Shown: positions 1-8,955 of the stretch, piece by piece
Layout of the letters: every line of letters begins with the position of its first letter
How positions within the stretch are numbered: the first letter of the stretch is position 1
Assembly (NCBI GenBank): GCA_964645485.1
Contig: CAZXZO010000006.1
Location: 1-62,697, forward strand
Length of the DNA: 62,697 nucleotides
Reading direction: 5' to 3'
Source of the DNA: an uncultured Candidatus Poseidoniales archaeon
GTDB lineage: Archaea; Thermoplasmatota; Poseidoniia; Poseidoniales; Thalassarchaeaceae
Position numbers and translations under genes: made by a program
The notes under the pieces: model-generated
Database searches by the model: none
What the model was told of the DNA's origin: nothing
What the model saw: the letters and a program-made list of their open reading frames with translations, nothing else

Positions 1-1940
1 ACCTTAAGAGGGTCATAGTTACCCCCGCTGTTTACCGGTCCTTCGTCAGGTTGAACCCCGATTTCAGATACCGGCACTGAGCAGGATTCAGCGACTATAC
101 TCATCCTTTCGGACTGGCAGTCGCCTATGTTTTTATTAAACAGTCGGGGACCCCTGGTCACTGCGACCAGCTTATCTCTAAGCTGGCACTCCTTCTCCCG
201 AAGTTACGGAGCTATTTTGCCGAGTTCCCTTGCGGTACTTTTCCCGTCACACCTTAGGCTACTCACCCAGGGGCACCTGTGTCAGTTCTAGGTACGGTCT
301 TCTGTGCGGCTTTTCACGGAGCCTAGGCGTCATCTTATATTGTCAATTGATTTCGGAATTTTCTCACCATGACGGTTCTCCAATTCCTTATACAATCTTC
401 AGGCCTGACATATGACCTGTAAGACTAGCCCAAGCTGTCACCATAATTGCACAGAGGCATACGAATATTAACGCATTTCCCTATTCGATCATTTCGGTTA
501 AGAATGACCTTAGGACCGGCTAACCCTCGGCTGATGAACATTGCCGAGGAACCCTGGCCCCTCCGGTGGAGCGGATTCTCACCACTCTTTGCTGCTACTT
601 TTCCCTAGATTCTCATACATATACGGTCCAGTAGACTTCACAGCCTACCTTCTGCCCGAACATGTCGCCGCGCTACCACATCAGCTTTCGCTGGTCTAGC
701 GTATCGGTGACTAACTTTAGCCCCGTCCCTTTTCCCGGCCCGCAAGCTTGACCAGTGATCTGTTACGAACTCTTTCAAGGATGGCTGCTTCTAAGCCCAC
801 CTTCTGGTTGTTTTCGACCACGGACACGGTTTGTCTTTGACACTTAGTTAGTACTTTGGGACCTTAACGCTAGGCTGGACTGTTCTCCTTTCGTCACGGT
901 AGCTTACCCACCGCGACTCACTCCCTGCTTCTACAATGATTGCACCTTCGGAGTTTGACAGCGTACCGAGGGATCGCTCCCCCTAAATACCCAATCAGTG
1001 CTCTACAGCACAATCTATCTCCACAGAGGTCTACCTACGAGTAGTCTCGCGCGGAACCTGCTATTGCCCATCTCGATTGGACTTTCACCCCTATACCCAA
1101 CTCGTCCGAGCGATTTGCACATCAGCAACGGTTCGATCCTCCACCCAACTTTCATCGGGCTTCAATCTGGCCAGGCATAGATCGATAGGCTTCAGGTCCT
1201 CCACCATTGACTTCAGACGAGCACATCTCGTCCCTCACCCCGAAGGGCTGCGGACTTGTCGGTTTCCCTACGGCTTCGCAGATCAACTGCTTAACCTCGC
1301 CAATGATCAAGACTCCCAGGGGCATTATTCGAAACGCACGAATAGACGCTGCTCATATCTTCGCTTTCACGCCTATTCAGTCTGTCCCTAACTGGTTTCA
1401 GGTTCTTTTCACATCCCTCTCAGGATACTTTTCAACTTTCGTTCACACTACTGGTCAACTATCGGTCTCGAGTTGTATTTAGAATTGGAAGTTTATGCCT
1501 CCCACATTCACGCGCGATATCCAACGCACGCTACTCAGGATTCACCACTTGGTCATGTTCACTACACATACGGGACTTTCACCCTCTATGGTACGTCGTT
1601 CCAGATCGACTTCTGTTTCGTGAATTTAGACGATAGGTGATCCATACCCCACATCTCCACAAGGTTTCCCAAGCGGATTCGGTTTGTTCTATTCCGTGTT
1701 CATTCGCCACTACTAACGGAATCTCGTTTGATTTCTGTTCCTCGCCCTACTAAGATGCTTCAATTCGGGCGGTTCCCTTTCCAGTAAATTAATACGGGAA
1801 TGACTTCGTAAAGCCAGGAGGTCCTATTCGGCCATCTACGGATCCAAGGCATTCATGCGCCTCCCCGTAGCTTATCGCAGCTTGTCACGACCTTCATCAG
1901 CTCTCGAGCCGAGCCATCCCCCAGTCAGGTTGTAGCATCA
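1..1940 (-). rRNA. rrl: 23S rRNA, 5' portion; continues beyond the left edge of the window
   Basis: The reverse complement carries archaeal LSU hallmarks: GGATGGCTCGGCTCGAGAGCTGATGAAGGTCGTGACAAGC near the 5' end (~1880-1920) and GGGGTAACTATGACCCTCTTAAGGT (helix 69-70 region) at 1-25. The ~1940 nt span matches normal length, so there is no large intron. The 5' end is approximate. Confidence 0.97.
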
Positions 1941-2118
1941 ATTTGCTTTTTATTCTCTTACTCCACACTTTCCTGTGTGAGTCCTCTGGTGTCCAGGAAT
2001 CTATCTATCTCGATTTCATAAAACACCTCGTTTCCCCACAGGGCGAGGCGTTCTCAATCTACTTCCCTTGTAATGTGTACATCACAAGGTGCATTGTAAG
2101 CATCTCGCCGACCTACCT

Positions 2119-2131
2119 CCCCTTTATGAAA
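2119..2131 (-). promoter_or_regulatory. Putative TATA-like box of the 23S rRNA promoter (TTTCATAAAGGGG on the minus strand)
   Basis: AT-rich box ~180 nt upstream of the inferred mature 23S 5' end. It resembles the boxes seen 25-45 nt upstream of other genes here. A second candidate, TTTTATGAAA, lies at 2023-2014. Confidence 0.35.
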
Positions 2132-2210
2132 CCACCGAATTGAGCGCCTTGTTTCGTAGGCGGCTAAATGAGGTATTGAGTGCGATTTCTCTGATAAAAT
2201 CAAGGTTGAG

Positions 2211-3590
2211 TTAACCCATTGGAGAGATGCGGTGAAGATTACCCAAAATTATCTCGTTATCAGGAGCGATTTCTAATGCCTGCCGGAGCAATTCTGTAGC
2301 TACGTCAAATTCCCGAATTCCTATCATTGAAACCGCCTTACCATTGATTGATGATACATCACCTGCATCTAACGACAAGGCAACATCATAGAATTTGAGT
2401 GCCGTATCGTGACGGTGACAAGAACTTAGAGCAGTAGCAAGGTTACAAATCACCGATACATCATTTTCCGATGCTTTTGCGGCTTGCCTGAGGGCTAATA
2501 CTGATGCCTCAAAATGAGGTTCATCTGCAGGGTGTGGACTAGGTCTTTCTTCCTGAACTAGCAATGCTTGTTGTAATAATGAGAGCCCAAAATTGTTGAG
2601 AGCAGCGGCATTCTGAGGTTGAGAATTACAGATTGTTCTGAAACAATCTGCTGCCTCCTTCCAATTGGATTGGGCAAGGGCAGCAAATCCAATGTGTGCC
2701 TGCTCTTGTAAGTCTGAATCATCGAGATCTGTGACTGCTAATGCCCGAGCAGGCATCAGTTCAGGTTCTGTCCCTTCCATCACAGATGGGTCAAATGAAA
2801 CCGCGGACGTTGCGGGGTCAACAAAGCTGTCATAATCGACCATCACTTCACTAACTTGCATCTCATCTCCGAAGTCGTGATAGACCACATCTTCTTCATG
2901 TAAAATTACATCCTGGTCAACACCCTCAACAGTGCCTTCAGTGGTGGTATAACCAGCGTTATCTTGTGTAGAAGACGCACCCTCAAAAATCTGAGTACCA
3001 GGCTCTACTATGCCCGTAGTATCACTATCTATATCTGATTCATCAGCCAATATTCTAGCAACTAATACCACTTCTTGTTCTGGCTTGGTTAGTTTAACCA
3101 CCTGTACTTGTTCAGTGGAATCTGTTGGTTCTGTTGGGGCTTCAATTTGTTCTATAGAAGTTTCAACTTGCTCAGTGGGGGTTTCAATTTGTTCTATAGG
3201 AGTTTCAACTTGCTCCACTATTTCAGCAGGTGGCTCTTCAGATTCTTCTTCACTGGATGTTGTAATCGGAACATCGTTTGAATTATCGATTTCCTCTTCA
3301 CCTCTACTTGGACTACCAACCCCAAAGGGAAGCGAGGTTTGCCCTCCTGTTGACCCCCCGATTGAAAATGGAAGAGATGTTTGAGGAGATGAATTGGATG
3401 TTTCCACATCTATTTTTTCAACACCATCCATCGAAGTAACCAATTGATTAAGCCCCGGAAGTTCACCACTTGGGACCATTTTTCCATCTGTATCTGAGAC
3501 TTCAGCAGTGTGTGAAATTCTACTCCCACAAGATGGGCAGATATCTTTGCCGCCAAAAATCAGCCCGCAGGCGTCGCACTCTTGCATCAT
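2211..3590 (-). CDS. N-terminal Zn-ribbon, acidic low-complexity linker and C-terminal TPR-repeat protein
   Basis: CDACG...CPSCG at the N-terminus, an E/D-rich middle, and TPR-like helices (AAALNNFGLSL, SVICNLATALS, SSINGKAVSMIG). Confidence 0.75.
   Translation of the reverse strand: MMQECDACGLIFGGKDICPSCGSRISHTAEVSDTDGKMVPSGELPGLNQLVTSMDGVEKIDVETSNSSPQTSLPFSIGGSTGGQTSLPFGVGSPSRGEEEIDNSNDVPITTSSEEESEEPPAEIVEQVETPIEQIETPTEQVETSIEQIEAPTEPTDSTEQVQVVKLTKPEQEVVLVARILADESDIDSDTTGIVEPGTQIFEGASSTQDNAGYTTTEGTVEGVDQDVILHEEDVVYHDFGDEMQVSEVMVDYDSFVDPATSAVSFDPSVMEGTEPELMPARALAVTDLDDSDLQEQAHIGFAALAQSNWKEAADCFRTICNSQPQNAAALNNFGLSLLQQALLVQEERPSPHPADEPHFEASVLALRQAAKASENDVSVICNLATALSSCHRHDTALKFYDVALSLDAGDVSSINGKAVSMIGIREFDVATELLRQALEIAPDNEIILGNLHRISPMG
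3141..3224. repeat. Intragenic 21-bp tandem repeat x4, arranged as a 42-bp A-B-A-B higher-order repeat (EQVETPI/EQIETPT heptads)
   Basis: Units start at 3141, 3162, 3183 and 3204: ttcaatttgttctatagaagt / ttcaacttgctcagtgggggt / ttcaatttgttctataggagt / ttcaacttgctccact. Confidence 0.85.
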
Positions 3591-3696
3591 GCTGTGTGGG
3601 TGCGCGCTCCTCTTTGATGCTACCGTAGTAATGATTAAAATTTTGAAGTTACAATATCTTAAGGATGAACCCTAAAGAGATTAATATTAATGAAAA

Positions 3697-5304
3697 TTAT
3701 TCTTCTTCGACCCTAGTAACATCAGATTTAGGACCTGCCTTCAGACCAACAATTAGCATTAAAATAAATGCCACTAAACATATTATCCAAGGATAAATTG
3801 GATTTGACCATTCAATGACATACATTACCATTGAATATGCAGTCACAACTACCATAGTCACTAACATCATAGGGAATCCTACCTTGAAGAAACGGTTGAA
3901 TGAAATAGGGTATCCTGCATCCTCGGCAATACCAGCTGTTACAACATTTGCAGAAGCACCTATGATTGTCCCATTACCACCAAGGCACGCCCCAAAGGAA
4001 AGCGCCCAAGCAAGGGGTGCCAATGCCAAACCTAATTCTGGATCAGATGCTATGCCAATTACCACTGGAACCATCGTTGCCGTATAGGGAATATTGTCAA
4101 TAAATGCTGAGGCAAATGCTGAAACCCATAATAGGAGAAGGACAGCGGTCATCAACCTCATATCTTCAGGTGCACTCTTAATTATGCCAGTAACAAAATC
4201 ACCTATTGCATCAATAAGCCCCATTGCTTCAAGCCCATGAATCAAAATAAACAATCCTATGAAGAAAATTAATGTCGTCCATTCAACATCATCTAAACGT
4301 TCTTCAATCCTGTGAGGGTGAGTAACTAATAGCATCAAAACACTTCCCCCTAGAGCAATTGTTGCCACAGTAAAAAGAGGGTGATGGAAGGCACTATGAG
4401 TGAAGAATGCAATCAATACAATTGCAAATACAAATCCAGACCTCTTCAACATATCATAATCTTTAATCTTGTATCTTTCTTGAAGCATTTCGATACTACG
4501 GTAACGTTGACCTGTTACACCTTCACGTTCTATTTTATGCAACAGCCAAAGGCCAGGCAAAAAGGCCAACAAAACACCCGGGCCAATATTAATAATAAAA
4601 TCAGTGAAGACTATTGCTTGGTCCTCCAAAGGGCCGCCCGCTAATGCTGAAGGTGATAATTGAGCCCCAATAATGATATTTGGGGGGTCTCCAATCTGTG
4701 TTGCTGCACCACCAATGTTGGAAAACATTACTTCACTAAGAAGTATAGGAATGGGGTCAAGCCGCAACACCTTTGCAAGTGAAATTGTAACAGGTGCTAT
4801 CAATAACATAGTAGTCACATTATCTAAAAATGCGGAAAATACTGCAGTTACTAAACAAAGAATTACCAGTAATCGCCAAACAGATCCCCCTGACAATGCA
4901 TAACATTTCACTGCCGCCCATTGAAAGAGGCCCGTTTCAGATAATATGGACACCATTATCATCATACCTAGGAGAAGACCAACGGTTTCCTCATCAATCC
5001 AAGTAACAAGAGTACCAAGACTAGGCCCGTCTCCAATATAATGAAGAACGCAAACAACCAAAACAGCCCCTATAGCCGCTGCTAAAGCCCGATGAACCCA
5101 CTCAAACACAATCAAAGCATAAACTCCAAACAAGATTGCTAAAGAAACCATTAATGCCCAACTCGGCATTTCAGGAGGTTCCCATACGCCTTGAGACGAA
5201 CTAGATCCGGCTAAAACAGTCGGCACCAAAGCAATACCTGCTAAAATAGATGGAGCAATCCATCTGCCAAAGGGTAAACGATTGGCCCCCAATTCTACGC
5301 TCAT
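3697..5304 (-). CDS. ArsB/NhaD/SLC13-superfamily permease, P-protein (OCA2)-like
   Basis: About 13 hydrophobic segments; motifs SAFLDNVTTMLL, FSNIGGAATQIGDPPNIII, SAFIDNIPYTATM and GGNGTIIGASANVV. Start moved from the TTG at 5364 to the ATG at 5304 (MSVELG). Confidence 0.88.
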   Translation of the reverse strand: MSVELGANRLPFGRWIAPSILAGIALVPTVLAGSSSSQGVWEPPEMPSWALMVSLAILFGVYALIVFEWVHRALAAAIGAVLVVCVLHYIGDGPSLGTLVTWIDEETVGLLLGMMIMVSILSETGLFQWAAVKCYALSGGSVWRLLVILCLVTAVFSAFLDNVTTMLLIAPVTISLAKVLRLDPIPILLSEVMFSNIGGAATQIGDPPNIIIGAQLSPSALAGGPLEDQAIVFTDFIINIGPGVLLAFLPGLWLLHKIEREGVTGQRYRSIEMLQERYKIKDYDMLKRSGFVFAIVLIAFFTHSAFHHPLFTVATIALGGSVLMLLVTHPHRIEERLDDVEWTTLIFFIGLFILIHGLEAMGLIDAIGDFVTGIIKSAPEDMRLMTAVLLLLWVSAFASAFIDNIPYTATMVPVVIGIASDPELGLALAPLAWALSFGACLGGNGTIIGASANVVTAGIAEDAGYPISFNRFFKVGFPMMLVTMVVVTAYSMVMYVIEWSNPIYPWIICLVAFILMLIVGLKAGPKSDVTRVEEE

Positions 5305-5361
5305 GTTATTGGCGGAGCAATATGGTTCATGAAAGCGTCGCTTATTAGAAAGTACATTTCC

Positions 5362-5531
5362 CAATAATTATGCTTCCTTGATGTTTTCAACATTAACAAA
5401 TGAGGTGGTTGGCTCTGGAATTAAATCATCAATATTTTGTTCAATAATTATACTTCCTTTATGTCTTCAACATTAACAAATGAGGAGGTTGGCTCTGGAA
5501 TTAAATCATCAGTATTTTGTTCAATAATTAT
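5362..5531. repeat. 80-bp direct tandem duplication (2 near-identical copies plus a partial third AATAATTA)
   Basis: AATAATTA recurs at 5363, 5443 and 5523. The block ttcaacattaacaaatgagg(t/a)ggttggctctggaattaaatcatca(a/g)tattttgttc is present twice with only a few substitutions. Confidence 0.95.
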
Positions 5532-5663
5532 TTCTTTACCAAAGTCATTTTCTTTTACCACAACGATTTCTTCATTGGCAAACTCAGAAGAAGTTAATGC
5601 GGCATCTAATTCCTTCAAAGTATTGCTAATTACTCGTTAATTTAACTGGGCTAAACGCTCTGC
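5448..5663 (-). pseudogene. Remnant of the 3' end of a second CPA1 Na+/H+ antiporter paralog
   Basis: The minus-strand frame reads AERLAQLN*RVISNTLKELDAALTSSEFANEEIVVVKEN...KEV*. It aligns with AARLGQLNAHVIESTLKGLDSALAISEFNHEEITVVKDS in the neighbouring antiporter (24/37 identities counted by hand), with an in-frame TAA at 5639-5637. Confidence 0.8.
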
Positions 5664-5741
5664 AGATATCATGAAGGGTGCGAAATAATGGCTATCTCAA
5701 GCATCGCGAAAGATTACCAAAAAACCTCGAAGAATAAACGT

Positions 5742-7538
5742 TCACTCTTCTTCAATCACGTTCAGTGTTTCGTCGTGAACAATAGACTGAGTAGAGTCTA
5801 GAATCAAATCTTCAATCTCAGAAACAGTAGTAACATCTTCGGATTGTGAATCTTTGACAACTGTGATTTCTTCATGGTTAAATTCAGAAATTGCAAGAGC
5901 CGAATCAAGTCCCTTCAATGTGCTTTCAATCACATGTGCATTCAACTGACCAAGCCTCGCCGCATCTCGTAATGCTTCAATTTCAGCACGAATAAGGTCA
6001 CGCCTTGCCGCTTCAATTCGGCTGGCGTGTACAAGAGAAGTATTTGCCAAACTATCAATCTGTGTCTTGGCCTTCTCAATACTTGCATGATAAGGTGCAG
6101 CCATTTTCTCACGATCAAGTTCGTTAATCATACCTTGAGTACTCAAAGAAGATAATTTCCGTAGTGCGGCCCGTGAAGCAACTAACCGTGCTAATGCCGA
6201 TTCATACTTTACCTCGCTGTGTGCCAAGCGACCAGAAATACCCAACTTCGTGAGCAGTGGTTTCATCGTTAACCCTTGAACTAGTAATGTGAATAATATT
6301 ACAGTGAAAGTTAGAACCAGCATATCGTGGTAAATTGCCTCATCAAATCTGACATTTACAATATCACCATCGATTAACACCTTTTGTCCTTCATGAACAA
6401 TATGTGAAAGTAACAACAGCAGAGCAATCGGAATGCTTCCACGCAAACCACCCCACCACATGGCCATTTGCCATTTACTGTCTACTTTGTTTTCCTCACC
6501 TATGTTTGCAATCCTAGTTAATGGGAATACAACTAATCTTGCTGTCAGCGCGCCTACAATAGCGATTGTTGCAAGGTACCCAGTGTGGAGGTCCCATTCT
6601 AAAACTGATTGTAACTCATATCCAACCACAACAAACAGAATGCTGTTTACGAGGAACGACACCACTTCCCAAAAGTGGTGTAAGCCAACTCTTGCCGTTG
6701 GCGTCATTCCTTCATGTAGGCCTTTATTGCCTACTAAAAGTCCAGCGACTACGACTGAAATTACTCCGCTACCATGCATCAATTCTGCTAATAAAAATGA
6801 ACCAAATGCCAAAGCAACTGTAAGAGCGATTTCAACTAAGTGGTCCTCACTTTGTTGCAATAGATGGTTAGCAACCATTCCACAAATGTAGCCAGCAACG
6901 ACGCCAATTGTAACTACTAGAAGGAATGATGCAATTGCATCTGTCATGATATTACCCAAATCGATGGTTTGCCCCGCGATTACTGAAAGTGTTGTTAATA
7001 GAAGGATGTTGAAGACAACAATCGCGGTGCCATCATTGAATAGTGATTCACCTTCAAGTAGAACGGACAATCTCTTTGGTGCACCTAGTGAGCGTACTAA
7101 TGCAAGTACACTTACTGGGTCCGTGGCTGCCAAAATTGACCCTACCAACAAGCCGAAAAGCAAGCCATTTTCTTCACCCCACCAAACAAAGCGCCAGCAT
7201 ATTAATCCAATAATCAAGGTATTGAGAAGTACACCAGGAATTGCAAGTAAGGAAATTGTCTTCCAATTCTGCTTCAGTTTTTCAATATGCATCGCAGATG
7301 AGCCTTCAAAAAGTAGAGGAGGAAGCAGAATGAACAGAATTAACTCAGCAGAAAGCAATCCACCATCAGGTTCCAAGCCAGCGAAAAGTGATTCTCCAAG
7401 CCAACCCAATACTAGCCCTACAATCACCAATGCAATTGTGTACGGAAGTCTCACCCAGCGAATCGCAATTGCTACCAGTAAAGAGAGAATAAGAGTCCCT
7501 AACAATCCCTCAAGCCAAGTGGGTGGTATTACTGACAT
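5742..7538 (-). CDS. CPA1-family (NhaP-type) Na+/H+ antiporter with C-terminal cytoplasmic helical tail
   Basis: Motifs ILFILLPPLLFE, ILAATDPVSV, LLEGESLFNDGTAIV and WWGGLRGSIPIAL; about 12 TM segments. Confidence 0.93.
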   Translation of the reverse strand: MSVIPPTWLEGLLGTLILSLLVAIAIRWVRLPYTIALVIVGLVLGWLGESLFAGLEPDGGLLSAELILFILLPPLLFEGSSAMHIEKLKQNWKTISLLAIPGVLLNTLIIGLICWRFVWWGEENGLLFGLLVGSILAATDPVSVLALVRSLGAPKRLSVLLEGESLFNDGTAIVVFNILLLTTLSVIAGQTIDLGNIMTDAIASFLLVVTIGVVAGYICGMVANHLLQQSEDHLVEIALTVALAFGSFLLAELMHGSGVISVVVAGLLVGNKGLHEGMTPTARVGLHHFWEVVSFLVNSILFVVVGYELQSVLEWDLHTGYLATIAIVGALTARLVVFPLTRIANIGEENKVDSKWQMAMWWGGLRGSIPIALLLLLSHIVHEGQKVLIDGDIVNVRFDEAIYHDMLVLTFTVILFTLLVQGLTMKPLLTKLGISGRLAHSEVKYESALARLVASRAALRKLSSLSTQGMINELDREKMAAPYHASIEKAKTQIDSLANTSLVHASRIEAARRDLIRAEIEALRDAARLGQLNAHVIESTLKGLDSALAISEFNHEEITVVKDSQSEDVTTVSEIEDLILDSTQSIVHDETLNVIEEE

Positions 7539-7649
7539 GGTTTCTGCGAAACCCGAAACCCTGTTGAATGCTCCGCATTATAATAAGGAGTTTTTTAGTA
7601 ATCATAGCCCACACTACAGATGGGAAATTCAAAGTGAATTAATAAAATT

Positions 7650-7913
7650 CTAACGATAGAATACAGCGATGTTCCCCCGCATTAAAATTAATTTTGACGA
7701 GGTTTGTTCAGCCAACAACTGCCATAAATTTTGACGGTCTGCAGAGTCCTCTGCCAAGCCACGATTTAGTTTTGCTTTGACCATCGAGCGCGACTTCAAT
7801 TGAGAGTCTAGTTCATCAACAACTGACTCTGTCAAGCCAGATTTCCCCACTCTAATTGTCACCTCTAAGGACGGATTCAGCGCTTGTTTTTTTAATCTCT
7901 TTTCATCAGTCAT
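7650..7913 (-). CDS. yhbY: YhbY/CRM-domain RNA-binding protein
   Basis: 87 aa; TIRVGKSGLTESVVDELDSQLKSRSMVKAK and the C-terminal RGNIAVFYR match the CRM fold; ATGA overlap with rnp4, a conserved archaeal adjacency. Confidence 0.85.
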   Translation of the reverse strand: MTDEKRLKKQALNPSLEVTIRVGKSGLTESVVDELDSQLKSRSMVKAKLNRGLAEDSADRQNLWQLLAEQTSSKLILMRGNIAVFYR

Positions 7914-8248
7914 TTATTGTTCCCCCCAAAAGGGTAATTTGGTCCACGACGGTTAGTTCCGCCACAAGATAGACAGGTGATTCGCCAAATCTTTCCACGC
8001 ACCCGGACACTGGCATTCACTCCTGGCCTCAGTGCCAATTTGCAGTCACGACATATCCATGACCTTCTTCCATCTGGGAGCCCCAAACGATGTTTCTTAG
8101 ACAATTTTAAGATGTCTTTTGCTGCAGAATGAACCGATGAATCAGGTTGATTCCAAGGTTCTTTGAGAATGCCCTCAAGATGGTTTCTAGAATTGATCGC
8201 TCGGGCTTTTCTAATTTTCGCGTTTCGAGAACGACTTCTCCTAGACAT
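7910..8248 (-). CDS. rnp4: RNase P protein component 4 (Rpp21/Rpr2 family)
   Basis: Basic protein with WICRDC...PG...RVR...ITCLSCG zinc-ribbon signature. Confidence 0.88.
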   Translation of the reverse strand: MSRRSRSRNAKIRKARAINSRNHLEGILKEPWNQPDSSVHSAAKDILKLSKKHRLGLPDGRRSWICRDCKLALRPGVNASVRVRGKIWRITCLSCGGTNRRGPNYPFGGNNK

Positions 8249-8262
8249 CTTCTCACCTGTTG

Positions 8263-8883
8263 TTAGACGTCAATAATTGCCGAAATCTCTGCGCCAACAT
8301 CTTGCATTGCTTGATTGCCGTTGACAGTTTCTAGTAATCCCTTTTCGGAATACCACTTCGCAAGTGGTGAAGTTTGTTCATGATACGCTGTTAAGCGCGT
8401 TCTGACCGCCTCTTCGTTGTCATCCTTCCTTTGGATGAGACGGTCAGCAATGTCTGCCGGTGCCGGCTTGAATGTGATATGATAGATATCGCCTGTTTCA
8501 GGGTCCATTCTCCTGCCTACAATTCTGCCAACTATTTCATCATCTGGCACTGCTATTGAAATCACTAAAGAAACCTCAGCTATTTCTGCCAATGCTTCTG
8601 CTTGAGGAATAGTTCTTGGGAAGCCATCAAAGAGAACCCCATTTCTAGCATCCTCTTGTTGCATTCTCTCTTTAATCAAGCCGATTATTACATCATCAGG
8701 AACTAATTCACCTGCTTCCATGTAACTCTTCGCTTCTAATCCAAGTGGTGTTCCAGCGGCTAAAGCAGCCCGCAACATATCACCAGTTGATACCTGAGGT
8801 TTTCCAGTCGCAGTCACAATTGCTTCGGCTTGAGTGCCCTTACCGGCACCCGGTGGCCCAAACAGTACGATTGACTGACTCAT
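8263..8883 (-). CDS. adk: Adenylate kinase, bacterial-type, with non-zinc LID
   Basis: P-loop GPPGAGKGTQA, STGDMLR, LFDGFPRT and RKDDNEE. Start placed at ATG 8883 (MSQSIVLFG). Confidence 0.95.
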   Translation of the reverse strand: MSQSIVLFGPPGAGKGTQAEAIVTATGKPQVSTGDMLRAALAAGTPLGLEAKSYMEAGELVPDDVIIGLIKERMQQEDARNGVLFDGFPRTIPQAEALAEIAEVSLVISIAVPDDEIVGRIVGRRMDPETGDIYHITFKPAPADIADRLIQRKDDNEEAVRTRLTAYHEQTSPLAKWYSEKGLLETVNGNQAMQDVGAEISAIIDV

Positions 8884-8955
8884 ATTACCGGCGAAATAGA
8901 CCTTGTCAATAAGCACGACGGTCTTGAACCATCACCATTTATCCCCATCTAGGTG

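Noticed and set aside
1-1940. Possible intron or homing endonuclease in the 23S rRNA
   Set aside because: The span from the 5' end to the helix 69-70 motif is of normal length, and no coding insertion is visible.
230-2143. Short plus-strand ORFs (61-104 aa) at 230-1482 and 1943-2143
   Set aside because: They are antisense to the 23S rRNA or its leader and have no protein-like features.
5362-5531. 80-bp repeat as a CRISPR array or IS end
   Set aside because: The copies are directly adjacent with no unique spacers, the unit is too long, and no cas or transposase gene is present. It is explained by duplication of a gene remnant.
6946-7653. 235-aa plus-strand ORF and other long antisense ORFs (e.g. 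42871-43386, 53354-54085, 37154-37678)
   Set aside because: They are shadow frames opposite well-supported genes, S/P/T-rich and without recognisable motifs.
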